A DNA stretch of 64,000 nt from Octopus vulgaris (taxonomy: Eukaryota). The stretch spans positions 6,262,001 through 6,326,000 of the forward strand of contig OX597834.1 of assembly GCA_951406725.2 (NCBI GenBank), given 5' to 3'. The notes below the pieces were generated by a model, which saw only the letters and a program-made list of their open reading frames with translations, made no database searches and was not told where the DNA came from. Position 1 is the first letter of the stretch. Each line of letters starts with the position of its first letter. The translations under genes were made by a program, and so were the position numbers. Below are positions 51,112-64,000 of the stretch, piece after piece.

Positions 51112-51540
51112 TGCATACAGCAGTGAAGTTCCACATGTATAAAAGGAATAACCTTGCTGTATGATAGCATATGGTAACCAATAACTGTATAGGAGCTTTG
51201 AAATGCATGTTTTGAGGTTATTACCCAGATGATATTAAATAAATATATTTGGAGAGTGACTGCTTCTGCTAACATAATGCTAAGGAATTTGAATGGCTTA
51301 ATGGAACCTGTATAAGTAAACATTTCCCAGATTGTTTCTCTTGTGAGGATGGGCCTTTGTACCTGAAATATAAAGTTTTGTGAAAATTTTCACATTGTCA
51401 GAAGTTTTCCTATTTTCCATTTTTTCCCTTCTTCATTATTACAATACTTCAAATGAACTAAAACACTCTCTTATATATATATATATATATATATAGATAT
51501 AGATATATATACGGGTGTGTGTGATTGTGTATAGAAGAAT

Positions 51541-51724
51541 ATATTAATAAAAGGAATTCCAACCTTGTCTGATTTTCACGTTTTATTTACAATCTTATAA
51601 TGATATAAGATAATATAATATAATAAAATAAAATAAAATAAAATAAAATAATAGAATGTTAAATGTTCATTCTGATTGAACTAGTACTTTCATGCATGAA
51701 AGTACTAGTTTGGAATTCCTTTTA

Positions 51725-51731
<7 letters not shown>
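51541..51731 (-). mobile_element. PLE-like fold-back truncated inside a hammerhead
   Basis: 22-bp terminal inverted repeat at 51541-51562 / 51710-51731. The 32-bp palindrome at 51679-51710 contains GAAA-GTAC-TA, a hammerhead 3' half with palindromic AGTACT. Confidence 0.5.
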
Positions 51732-51775
<44 letters not shown>

Positions 51776-51777
<2 letters not shown>

Positions 51778-52001
51778 TAAAACGGTAAGATAACAAAAGA
51801 AAGAAAGAGACCTCAATATTATGTAAATAGAGGAAATTTATCTATAAAATAATATGTTACATTACTCAATAGTCAAGATAAAACTCTGAGTTTTGGATGC
51901 CGAATTGGGAATCCACAACACCATCTCTTCGGTTATCTGGCCAGATAACCGAAGAGATGGTGTTGTCTTGACTATTGAGTAATGTAACATATTATTTTAT
52001 A
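51776..52001 (-). mobile_element. PLE-like fold-back with a hammerhead (51876-51938, CCGAAGA core)
   Basis: Minus strand: agataa-CCGAAGA-gatg...catc-c-AAAA-CTCAGAG-TT-ttatct. 52-bp palindrome at 51915-51966. 51966-52001 mirrors 51843-51878. Confidence 0.7.
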
Positions 52002-52051
52002 TATATATATATATAAATTAAATATATATATATATATATATATGTATAGTT

Positions 52052-52089
<38 letters not shown>

Positions 52090-52110
52090 TATATATATAT
52101 ATATATGTAT

Positions 52111-52159
<49 letters not shown>

Positions 52160-52160
<1 letters not shown>

Positions 52161-52642
52161 TAGCAGTTAAGCCCGGTTTCACCCTGTCTGTTTGGATGAT
52201 GTGGCTGTGATCGTTTTCGGTTAGGGATAATCTATAACAGCATTTGTCAACCTAATCATTTCGGGTCCCCTGTTTTGATTGGAGCCTTCATCCCTTGTAA
52301 GAAAACAGCTTCAGGAGTTGTGAAGAAAGAATTTGTACGTAGTCTGTTTCTGAGAGCTATTCTGTTGGACACCTGTCTAATCATTAAAACATTGATTTAA
52401 TTATGAACATAGAAAGAATTTATACATTAATCCCTATTTTTGTAAGCAGTTGTTTCCGTAAAAATTTTATTTGCAGAGAGCAGAAATTGAAAGAAGATAT
52501 ATGAAATGGATGTGTGTGTGTGTATGTGTGCTTGCACGTGTGTATGTGAGAGAGAAGATGAGGGAGAGCATAGCGAAAGTTTTGGCCGACCGTCGTCCTG
52601 TACTCCCCTTATTGCTAGCGAAATGGTATATGCCGGCTGTGT
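52160..52642 (-). mobile_element. Non-autonomous Helitron, 3' portion
   Basis: CTAG|T end with a GC hairpin. Homologous to 411-925. Confidence 0.65.
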
Positions 52643-52909
52643 GGGCAACTGAGTTTTGAACTCAGAATGTAAAGGGGATCATAATTAATACAGATGCCTA
52701 TTTTGTTTGATACCTTGAAGACCTCTGCAATTCAGGCACCCAAATGGGTCCTGAACAAATTTTACCGGTTAAACATTCCCTTATAGGCCTCTCCCTCCTC
52801 CATGCCCATCCACCCTCTGCCACACATACTTTTCTCACTTTTTATTGCGTACATCTCACAATTGTTTACCTGCCCCACTTCTCATAGATTCTTAAAACGA
52901 ATGAAACTT

Positions 52910-53644
52910 GCATGCACACATATACACACAGACATACATACATACTTACATACACACATGTACACATATACACACCTGTACATACACAAACATATCTATA
53001 AGCAATTGTTCATAATTGCACTCATACGCTTACACATATGTGCACACGCACAGATATCTTTACATACACGAACATAGTTACAAGCAAAGAATCACACTGA
53101 ATCGCACACATGCATACACACACACACACAAACACACAGGCACACAAACATACTTATATACACAAACAAACAATAAACACACACGTTTACACATTCACAC
53201 ACACGTACAAATGTTTGTACAAATAGACATGCTTCCAGACAGACAGACAGACACACATACACACACACACACACACACATACATACATACACAAACAAAC
53301 AATCACACATAATTGTGCACATACGCACAAGTTTACACACATAAACAAGCTCTATCTCTCACACACACAAACATACCCACACAAAATTCTGCACATACCC
53401 ACATCACACACATATACATACACTCTCTCTTTCACACACACACACACACATATACACATACACACATACACAAACAAAGAATCACACTTAATTGTGCACA
53501 TACCCACATCACACACATATACATACACGCTCTCTTTCTCACACACACACACACATATACACATACACACATACACAAACAAAGAATCACACTTAATTGT
53601 GCACATACCCACATCACACACATATACATACACGCTCTCTTTCT

Positions 53645-53681
<37 letters not shown>

Positions 53682-53792
53682 ACACACACACATATACACA
53701 TACACACATACACACATACACAAACAAAGAATCACACAATTTTGCACATACGCACAAGCTTGCACACATAAACATGCTTTCTCTCTCTTTCT

Positions 53793-53828
<36 letters not shown>

Positions 53829-53870
53829 ACAAACAAACATACACACACAAACAAACAAACACACAAACAA
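52910..53870. repeat. (CA)n-rich low-complexity array with an internal higher-order unit of about 104 bp
   Basis: AAACAAAGAATCACACTTAATTGTGCACATACCCACATC is repeated at about 53472 and 53576. Confidence 0.85.
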
Positions 53871-54499
53871 GAAAAACAAGACATCATACAGAAGCTGTGC
53901 AAATGTATCCATATTCCAATCAAGAAATGCAAATTAGAAAAAAAAAAAAAAAAAAGAAAGATTTTTGAACTAAAAAAAAAAAAAAAAAAAACCAGCAAAG
54001 CTGAAACGAACAAACAAATATGAAAGTAAGTAAATAAAGCTAAGGTGTGGGTGGGCGAGGGTGGGGTGGGGTGGAATTATTAAAAATGAACAAGTTGAAG
54101 AAGTTATATCACTCCTATGTGTTCTCTATCTTGTGGTATATTTACTTTAAAGTGTTAAAGTGTTTTAACATACTCTACCCACGACCACCCCTCCTCGCTA
54201 TAATAATCATTACCATAATAATAAAGATCGTTGTTGCTGTTGTTGTTGGTGTTGTTGTCGGTGGTGGTGGTGGTGATGGTGGTGGTGTTGTTATTATTGT
54301 GCAATGAGCGACAACAATAATGGTAATAAAAATAATGATGGCCAGTAATAGTAATAATGATATGTGTTATAAATGGTGATGATGGTGATGATGGTGATGA
54401 TGGTGATGATGATGATGAGGATGAGGATGATAAGAAAAATTGAGGAGGAAGAACGGGAGGAGGACATCGAAGGGGAAAATAATAATTATTACTGTATAT

Positions 54500-54567
54500 A
54501 AATGCATATGTGTGTGTGTGTGTGTGCGTGAGTACACATATCTACCTCTCTCCCTGTGTAAATATAC

Positions 54568-54618
<51 letters not shown>

Positions 54619-54678
54619 TACATATATATATATATATGTATATACATATTTACATATACATACATATATAAATGTGTG

Positions 54679-54715
<37 letters not shown>

Positions 54716-54924
54716 CATATACATAAACATATATATATATATATAAATGTGTGTGTGTATATATATATATATACATATCTAAATGTACATATATATATAT
54801 ATATATATACATACATATATATGTGTATATATGTACATATATATATATAAATATACATATATATATAAATATATATTTATACATATATATAAATGTATAT
54901 ATACATATATACACACATACACAC

Positions 54925-54993
<69 letters not shown>

Positions 54994-55476
54994 CATATAT
55001 ATATTTATATATATATATATATATATATATACTGACACACACACATATGTAATAGTAATATAATAATGATAATGAGGGGGAGAGAGAGAGAGGGAGGAAG
55101 CGGAGAAGCAAAAATATAAAAATCGTAAAAATAGAAAACCTACAAAGTAATTACTATTTTTCAGTACAACATCAAAACACTAACTTGAGGAGACCAAAAT
55201 GCAATTATTTGATCTATTTCTTGATGAAATCATACAGAATACTGATTCCAGTCTGTAGAATTTGCCTTTCTGTTTATCAATAAAATTTTTGCCAGCCAAA
55301 ATTTTAAAGTAATATTGATTCACACATAATGAATATTTTGATGTTGAATTTCCGAGGCCAAAGTAAACGAAATGGTTAACCGAAATAGAGTCATGGCTTG
55401 TAATTTCATTTTATATCAAATATCTTAACAGATACCATACAAATTTGAAATATATATATATGTATGTATGTATGTG

Positions 55477-55527
<51 letters not shown>

Positions 55528-55718
55528 ATATGTGTGTATATATATATATACATGATGATGATGATATATATGATCTTCTGTGTCTGTTTTTTGAATTTCT
55601 CACCAATGGAAACAGAGCCGGTTTCTAACCCCAAAACAAAGTTGTTTTATTGGAATTTAGACATCAACTGCAAAAGGTGTTTGTGTGTGTGTTTGCACAT
55701 ATGCATACATGTATGTAA

Positions 55719-55769
<51 letters not shown>

Positions 55770-55771
55770 GT

Positions 55772-55835
<64 letters not shown>

Positions 55836-55858
55836 ACATATATATATGTATACATATA

Positions 55859-55924
<66 letters not shown>

Positions 55925-55932
55925 AATATATA

Positions 55933-55982
<50 letters not shown>

Positions 55983-56159
55983 CATACACACATCCACATA
56001 TACATATTCATATATAGATATTACATAGGCTAAATATATATGTTTACATATAAGCATGAGTTTATGTCTGTGTGTGTATGTGTATATATATATATAAATG
56101 TCGGTGCCCCAGCATGGCCACAGCTCATAAGCTGAAACTGGAAAAATCAAAATCAAAAT

Positions 56160-56242
<83 letters not shown>

Positions 56243-56270
56243 TATACATAGATAGATAGATAGATAGATG
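54500..56270. repeat. Extended (TA)n/(TATG)n microsatellite region
   Basis: Directly visible at 54500-55030, 55450-55570 and 55700-56270. Confidence 0.9.
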
Positions 56271-56497
56271 TGTGTCATGAAATGAAGTTAGGTCTTGTAA
56301 AGAGAATATATGGCTTTAATAATCAAATAAAACATACCAACCAACACATTTCATGTGTCCATGATCACACTCGAATGGTGCTCTTGACTTATGGATCCAT
56401 ACACATATCTTTGCCTGTCTACACATGTGTATATACACTTACAAAATACTTATCTTTTGTAATGTTTCACAATTAATCAACATAGCTTAAATGGTTT

Positions 56498-57925
56498 CAT
56501 CGTTTAACCTCCACTTTCCATGCTAGCATGGGTTGGACGAGGGCTGGCCAACCAGATGGCTGCACCAGGCTCCAATCTTGATCTGGCAGAGTTTCTACAG
56601 CTGGATGCCCTTCCTAACGCCAACCACTCCGAGGGTGTAGTGGGTGCTGTTTACGTGTCACCGGCACTGGGGGCCAGTCAGGTGGTACTGGCAATGACCT
56701 CGTAAAAATCTTTTTACACATACCACCAGCACAGGTGCCAGTAAGGCGACGTTGGTAACGATCACACTCGAATTGTGCTCTTTTACGTGTCACTGGGATG
56801 GAAGCCAGTTGGCTGCTCTGGCAACGATGTGCCATGTCTGTTGTGGTTTTGTGAAGTCCAGGTTCTCCATGTTGGAACTGAGGGAATTCGACCTCGAAAT
56901 GAGCAATTGGGTTATTTCAGTATAAAGTGAATGTGTGTGCCATAATTGCATATTTTCATTAGTTTGATTGGGGTGTTCGCTGATTTGTAATTAATTTGGC
57001 AGAGAGGGTTGCCTTTTCTCAATCTTTTGCTCTTTTACCTTTTACTTGTTTCAGTCATTAGACCGTGCCATGCTGGGGCACTGCCTCCTAGAATTCTTAG
57101 CTGAATGAATCGACCCCAGTACATCATTTTAAGCCTGTTACTTATTTATCAATTGCTTTTTAGTGAACTGCTAAGTTACCTGGATGTAAATACCAGCACC
57201 AGTTGTCAAGCAGTGGTAAGGGACAAACACAGACACTGACACACACACACACACACACAAGCCAAGTGAGATCGTAGGATTGTAGTTGTGGCCAATGCTA
57301 GTGTCATGTAGCTGGCGCACAAAAGCACCCTTCAAATGTTGGCCGATGTGCTGTGCTTGAGAAGTTCTGTCATGTCAAGTGAAATTGTAGTAGTGGCTGA
57401 TGCCAGAGCCTTCTGACTGCTACCTGTGCCAATGGCATGTAAAAAGCACCATTTGAGCATTGGGCCTCACGGAGGCAATGACAGGTGACTGAGACCTTTG
57501 GCGATATACTGTGCTTGAGAAAACCTGTCAAGCCAAGTGAGATCGAAGTCATGGCTACATAACTGCCAGTGGCATATAAAAAGCACCTGCTACACTCTTA
57601 GAGTACTTGGTGTTAGGAAGGGCATTCGGCCATAGAAACCATGCCAAAGCAGATTAGAACCTGGTGCAGCTCCCTGGCTTACCAACTTTCAGTCAAACTG
57701 ACCAATTCATGCCAGCATGGAAAATGGATGTTAAATGAAGATGGATGATGATGATGATGATGACAATAGTCTTCTTTCAGTTTCCATCTATCAAATCCAC
57801 CCACAAGGATTTGATTGGCCAAAGGTTATATTAGAAAACACTCGCCCAAGGTGTCACACAGTGGGGACTGAACCCAGAACCATGTGACTGGAAAGCAAGC
57901 TTCTTACCATACAGTCATGCCTGCC
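56498..57925. mobile_element. Cluster of RTE 3'UTR fragments (56498-56830 minus; 57260-57765 plus) and a split SINE A (minus)
   Basis: Family motifs. Confidence 0.7.
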
Positions 57926-58052
57926 CCTAACATTGAGTTAACGTCTGATGGTGTATGTGATTGCTACTATTCTACATAATTTCTTTCTTTTATCCTCGAT
58001 CACTATGTCCGGTCTCTTGTGCTTGTATTTTACTGTGGTGTATATATACCTG

Positions 58053-58084
<32 letters not shown>

Positions 58085-58085
<1 letters not shown>

Positions 58086-58815
58086 CCATGACCGACCAGG
58101 GTATCAGATGTTGCTACACATCGCTGGTCACAATGTGCTTCACATTGTTTTAGCCTTAAAATGACGCCACTTCGCTGGCTAAGCGAGCAGGCCAACAGAA
58201 GAAAAGGTGAGAGAAAGTTGTGGCGAAAGAGCACACCAGGGATCGCCACCATCCCCATACCAGAGCCTCGTGGAGATTTTAGGTGTTTTCACTAAATAAA
58301 CACACACAACGCCCAGTCTGAGAATCGAAACCGCGTTCCTCCAACTGCAAGTCTGCTGCCCTAACCACTGAGCCATTGTGCCTCCACATATATATAGGCG
58401 CAGGAGTGGCTGTGTGGTAAGTAGCTTGCTAACCAGTCACATGGTTCCGGGTTCAGTTCCACTGCGTGGCATCTTGGACAAGTGTCTTCTACTATAGCCT
58501 CAGGCCGACCAAAGCCTTGTGAGTGGATTTGGTAGACGGAAACTGAAAGAAGCCTGTCGTATATATGTATGTATATATATATATGTGTGTGTGTGTATAT
58601 GTTTGTGTTTATGTGTTTGTGTTTGTCCCCACCAACATCGCTTGACAACCGATGCTGGTGTGTTTACGTCCCCATAACTTAGCGGTTTGGCAAAAGAGCC
58701 CAATAGAATAAGTACTAGACTTACAAAGAATAAGTCCTGGGGTCGATTTGCTCAACTAAAGGCAGTGCTCCAGCATGGCCACAGTCAAATTACTAAAACA
58801 AGTAAAAGAGTAAAG
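58085..58815. mobile_element. Head-to-head SINE C-type (minus, 58085-58387) and SINE A (plus, 58397-58815)
   Basis: A and B boxes and family bodies. Confidence 0.8.
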
Positions 58816-59488
58816 AGAGACGGTAAGAGAGTATATGTAACTATATTGGCATATGTATTTGTATTTGTCTGTATATTCTTTGAAAATATATTCTTGAGAA
58901 TTCTTTCAAGGAAAAGAAAGCTGGATTTTAATCAAGAAGCAAAAACGCCATTGGTGGAATTTGAATAACAACGATAATTGTTACATATTGAATTTTAGGA
59001 AATCGGGAACCGAAAATGTATTGTGGAATTATGTTTTTTACATAAGAGGAAATCTCTGACAGATATATCGGTTTTAGTCTGCAATATTTCTCTAGTTACC
59101 TTCGTATGAGAAATTTTTATCAATATCTAGGTATTTATAGTGCTTGTTCTATGAGTGGAAATTGAAGGACATTGATACCAAAATTTGGGATTTGTGGAAC
59201 CATTTATCTACATTTAATTGCTAAATCTTTTATTGTTTACCTTTTGTGTGTTTCAGTCTGTGGTTATGTTGGGGCTCTGCTTTGAAGAATTTTTAGTTGA
59301 CTGAATTGACCCCCAGTAATCATTTTCTTTTAAGCCTAGTAATGATTCTATTGATCTCCCATGCTGAACCGTTACGTTACAGGGATATAAACACATCAAC
59401 ACACATTATCAAGCAGAAGTGGTGAGGGAGCAAATCCAGACACACAGTAATACACATGCACAAACACATATGTATGTATATATGTGTG

Positions 59489-59532
<44 letters not shown>

Positions 59533-59552
59533 CTTATATATATATATATATA

Positions 59553-59841
59553 TAGTTAATCCAAACATGAAAGTACCAAGAGAAAACAACAACGTGAGGA
59601 CGTGGATTAAGTATAGTGTTATTGGATGCTCAGAAAAGGAAAGAAAGAAGGAGGATTTAACACTTCGAGCAGAGCTCTTCGTCAGAAACCTAGAAAAAGC
59701 AACGGTCCAAGGAATGGAAAACAGAGGAAAAAATATCGCCAACGGTACACATGTGGTCACATTTTGTCCGTTTTCCCTTCTCTGGATCTTTCTTTTTCCT
59801 ATGTTTCTGACGAAGAGCTCCGCTCGAAACGTTAAACGCGG

Positions 59842-59843
<2 letters not shown>
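59553..59843 (-). mobile_element. PLE-like insert with an inverted segment and two hammerheads, nested in SINE A
   Basis: Minus hammerhead at 59655-59689 (GAAA altered to GAAG). Inverted plus copy at 59803-59837. Confidence 0.7.
59803..59837 (+). ncRNA. Minimal type I hammerhead ribozyme
   Basis: gttt-CTGACGA-a-gagc-tcc-gctc-GAAA-CG-TT-aaac. Loopless palindromic stem III ACGT. Confidence 0.7.
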
Positions 59844-59892
<49 letters not shown>

Positions 59893-60373
59893 ACAGGCCT
59901 CTTTCAGCTTCCATCAGTCAAATCCACTCACAAGGTTTTGGTCGGCCCATGGCTCTAGCGCAAGACCTTGCTCAAGGTGCCACGCAGCAGGATTGAACCT
60001 GGAACCATGCAGTTGAAAAGCAAGCTTCTTAGTACACGTAGACTTTTCAAAATTCTTTTGCACCAAACTTAATCTCTCTCCGTGGAAATTGTTGTGATTA
60101 AATCCAACTGTTTTTTTTAGCATTGTAAATATTTCAGACATCAATGTTTAGATCATTTGCTAAGAAATTATGGATAATAAATTAGCGTTTTTTTTTGGTG
60201 CTGTAGATGTCAGGATAAAACCAGTTGAATTTTGTAAAAAAACAAAATATGACTGTAGAATTTTCACCAAAGAAAATAAAAAAAGAGTAGACACTGTGTC
60301 ACCTTAGAATATTTTCTTTGAAATATTTTAAAACATCAAAGACATTTATTCCACATTCAGTTGTATGTATGTA

Positions 60374-60418
<45 letters not shown>

Positions 60419-60475
60419 GTTCAATTTTATTTCAAGATTTCTTGCCAATACAGAAAGAGCTGGTTTCTAACCTAG

Positions 60476-60476
<1 letters not shown>

Positions 60477-60527
<51 letters not shown>

Positions 60528-60567
60528 TAATAATAATAACAATAATAATAATAATAATAATAATAAC

Positions 60568-60612
<45 letters not shown>

Positions 60613-60688
60613 GATAATAATAATAATAATATTAATAATAATAATAATAATAATAATAATGATGATGATAATAATAATGATAATTATG

Positions 60689-60725
<37 letters not shown>

Positions 60726-60753
60726 TAATAATAATAATGATAATAATAATAAT
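60477..60753. repeat. (AAT)n microsatellite
   Basis: Directly visible. Confidence 0.95.
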
Positions 60754-61086
60754 AAGGTGACTACAGTGCCAGTGATTGTAGGATCTCTAGGAATGATAAA
60801 AAAAAAGGTACTGAAACCTATTTGAAAATGATTCCAGGCTTACCATCCCTACAGGAAGTGCAAAAAATTGTATTAACTGGAACGGCTCATGTACTGAGAG
60901 GAGCATTATCGCTGTGAAAATAACATCCATTCATGAATTTATTTATTTATTAATTCTTAAATACATATTTTATCTGTGAATTTGCGCATGTAATCTGGGA
61001 ATGCATACAATGCCCTTCTCTGCCCTAGGTGTATGGAAAACACTCGGTGAGAAATGGAAGAAAATTTAAAGAAAGAAGGAAAAGAC

Positions 61087-61087
<1 letters not shown>
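60754..61087 (+). mobile_element. R4/Dong-clade 3' end in (TAA)n
   Basis: KVTTVPVIVGSLGMIKK/..PGLPSLQEVQKIVLTGTAHVLRGALSL* is homologous to the C-terminus at 12706. (TAA)n on both sides. Confidence 0.85.
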
Positions 61088-61132
<45 letters not shown>

Positions 61133-61134
61133 TG

Positions 61135-61456
61135 ATAATGGAATTATTGTATACAGTGCTGAGGTGCACCACAATTTGTCAAAAAGTGCGTATAAAGTAT
61201 ATGCAGTAATGTACAAATGTCTGGAAAGCGAACAGTGTGTGAGTCTGATACATGCTTGTGTGTGTATGGAGGGGAGAAAATCAGGTGTAGTGTTGGCGAA
61301 TCTCAGGAAGCATGGAAGTTTTGAAGGATGCAGTGCTCCGACAATTAACAACTGATGCCGGCAGTCTGTTCCATGCTTCAGCAACTCTTAGCGTGAAAAA
61401 ATGTTTCCGAAAGTCATGGGAGCTGTTCTGTTTTCTGACTTTGTAAACATGTCCAC
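61135..61456 (-). mobile_element. CR1-clade LINE 3' end
   Basis: GHVYKVRKQNSSHDFRKHFFTLRVAEAWNRLPASVVNCRSTASFK. Confidence 0.8.
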
Positions 61457-61668
61457 ACAGACACACAAACATATACACACATACATACATATATATACAT
61501 ATATACGACGGACTTCTTTCAGTTTCCGTCAACCAAATCCACTCACAAGGCATTGGTCGGCCCAAGGCTATAGTAGAAGACACTTGCCCAAGGTACCATG
61601 CAGTGGGATTGAACCCGCAACCATGTGGTTGGTTAGCAAGCTACTTACCACACAGCCACTCCTGCATA
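61456..61668 (-). mobile_element. SINE family A 5' half
   Basis: Family motifs. Confidence 0.8.
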
Positions 61669-61689
61669 GGTGTTTTCTTTTTCACTGAT

Positions 61690-62510
61690 CTTCAGTTTCA
61701 TGTTAACATAATTTCCCCAGCTGGGCACAGTTTCTCTTCTCTATCCCAAATCATTATATCAGGTCATCTTATTGAGGTTTTCACTGAAACATTCCACCAG
61801 TATTCCTTTTTATTACGATTGGCTATGGCTTCCACCATACAGTGCATTCATATTTCTTTGTCTTCGGGGTTATCCTTTCAACAGATCTCATTATACAGTG
61901 TCCTAGTTACAACTTCATGTCTCACCAGCAGATAATACCATGATGAGATTTTGGGACAACTGTTTATGATGTGGGTGATATCTTCGGTGTTAATTCCACA
62001 AAGTCTGCATCGGTTGTCACATTTTACTGCTTTTCCTGCATCTCTATCCCTTTTGTGCATCAGCTATTTGGTTGATATTTCCAGTTCCTGAATTGCAAAC
62101 ATATACCCTTCAAAGTGGGAGGTAGTAATCCAGATATTCGTCTATGATAAACTGCTTTGAGGATCAATGTTACTATCATCATGGAGCTTTCTACTAACAT
62201 ATCCATAGATAGTCTTCTGCTCATACAGGCTCATCCTTTCATCTAATGATATGTTGCGGTAGAGTCATGCGACTTCTTTGGGCATGTCTTCTAGGTATCA
62301 GATAAGGAATGTTGCTCAAGGAGTTACCTTCCAAGTCTTATGATGTTATCAACCTCGTGTATTCAAACTCTGCCGAAGGATGCACTTCGACACTTGGTGG
62401 TTAAAAAGATGTTGCCAAAGGGATATGATGCAATATTCAAAGGCACTTTGGATTGATGTTAAGGCTTTGTCACCTTGTTTTCATTTTAGGTAGAGGTGGT
62501 CTACGTCACT
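61690..62510 (-). mobile_element. R4/Dong-clade remnant (thumb-CCHC region)
   Basis: SHFEGYMFAIQE..ISTK, CRLCGINTEDITHIINSC, RHEVV. Confidence 0.8.
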
Positions 62511-62989
62511 GTATGTATGTATGTATGTATGTATGTATGGATGGATTGATGGATTGATGGATTCATGCATGCATGCATGCATCCATTCATTCATGTTTTT
62601 AAGTGACAGTGGTAGTTATTTAGATGAATAAGATGATAAAAATATCATTCTTAAAGGATACCATTGTTGCTTAATCCCAGGTCATCTTCCATCAAGCAGG
62701 CTTCTGTCCAAATACGTTGAAGACGTGATTATACCATCATATTTTTGGATATAGGGATTTTAGGTCTACAACATCATATAAGGTTCATTCAAAGAGTATC
62801 CAATTATATTCTTTCCCCACCAAAACTAAAGCTACATGGGCAAAATCCTTTTTGTGGGAAGTGATATTATCCTCTTTGCACATTTCTGAAAATTTTCAGA
62901 CTGGTAGGCCACATCAGTTCCTGGTTGTTACACCTTGAGTACAGACGTGTAGCATGCACCCACTGGATTTTCGTTTTCACTCAGTAAAC

Positions 62990-63830
62990 TGAACTCATTG
63001 AGCAGAGACCATAAACCCATTTCTCGTCACCAGTGATAAAGGTCTTCATGAGGTCTGGGTCGTAATTTACTGTCCAGTATGTCCTTAGTGATTTCCATGT
63101 AGAGTTCTGTTCACTCTCTCCACATGGACAAATCCTCTATAAAATGGAATCCACTGATTCTGCACTTCTTCCAACTTCAAGAACAATTTCCTGGATTGTT
63201 ACATGACAGTCTTCCATGACTACCATAAATCCTCGAGTATAATCCGCATTTTTTACCCAACATTTAAAGGTCAAAATCCCTAGTGCGTACTATATACGAG
63301 GTTGAAAATGAAAAATATTTTATAAGCTATGTCCGTTTGCATTATGTTATATATACAATAATAATAAAGGATGTTACCACATACATTTTTACAAACCAAG
63401 GACGTTATATAGACCTCCTTGACTCAGGTTAGAGAAGGGGTGATATTATACACAAGGTTTAGGTTTTTCAGAGGTACAGCCCCCTAAAATCCCCTGCGTA
63501 TTATACACAAGGTTTAGGTTTTTCAGAGGTACAGCCCCCTAAAAATCCCCTGCGTATTATACTCAAGGACAGACTATACTCGAGGATTTACGGTATTTGC
63601 TGAATCATCTCAATTGGTTCCTCATTTTAGCTGTTGGATGGCCTGCCTGAGCATGCCTCACTCTTCACTGAGAGATGGCCATGTTTGAAGTGGCTGTACC
63701 ATTCCTTGATCTAAGTTTTTGCCCATGGCATCATCGCCAAAAGCCTGCTGAATCTTCTGGAAGGTTGAGTATCACCAAGTTTTTGGCAAAACTTTATGCA
63801 ATATCTCAGATTGATGCATTTGATGAAAAT
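62990..63830 (-). mobile_element. Mariner transposase pseudogene interrupted by a MITE
   Basis: RYCIKFCQKLGDTQ, KIQQAFGDDAMG, KEWYSHFKHG..SGRPS, MEDCHVTIQEI, FITGDEKWVY. Confidence 0.85.
63223..63593. mobile_element. Tc1/pogo-type MITE with TA TSD
   Basis: TA-CCATAAATCCTCGAGTATA ... TATACTCGAGGATTTACGG-TA, with internal tandem units of about 55 bp. Confidence 0.85.
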
Positions 63831-64000
63831 AAAAAATCTGGCGAGTACACTCTATACATCTGTACTCTAAATGTAAGAGCAAGAAACTGATGTGGTGTTC
63901 TGGCATGAAAATTTTCAATTTCACTTTCACAGGAAAGATGGTGTCACCTCCCATCTAAAGGATCTTGCTTACACAGCATTAGTTTTTGGTAGGAAAAAAA

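Noticed and set aside
51102-51362. Possible minus-strand exon after a TTTCAG acceptor
   Set aside because: No recognisable protein, no partner exons, and the frame is undeterminable without RNA data.

Overview
This is AT-rich, repeat-dense eukaryotic (animal) DNA. The SINE and LINE families look like those of octopus or another coleoid cephalopod, which is an inference from family recognition and not a database hit. I cannot support any intact protein-coding gene; almost every ORF in the track is a microsatellite or SINE artefact. The window contains dozens of tRNA-derived SINEs from 3 families, RTE, CR1 and R4/Dong LINE remnants, mariner and pogo remnants, non-autonomous Helitrons, fold-back elements, a 78-bp tandem array and a 15/16-bp minisatellite. 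The most notable signal is about ten short, mostly unrelated inserts, nearly all inside (TA)n tracts, that fold by eye into type I hammerhead ribozymes with palindromic stem III. They occur as fold-back (inverted) or partial-tandem structures typical of Penelope-like elements and retrozymes. Several carry recurrent non-canonical catalytic cores: CCGANGA, UUGAAAA with U3-A8 covariation, and CUGUUGA.
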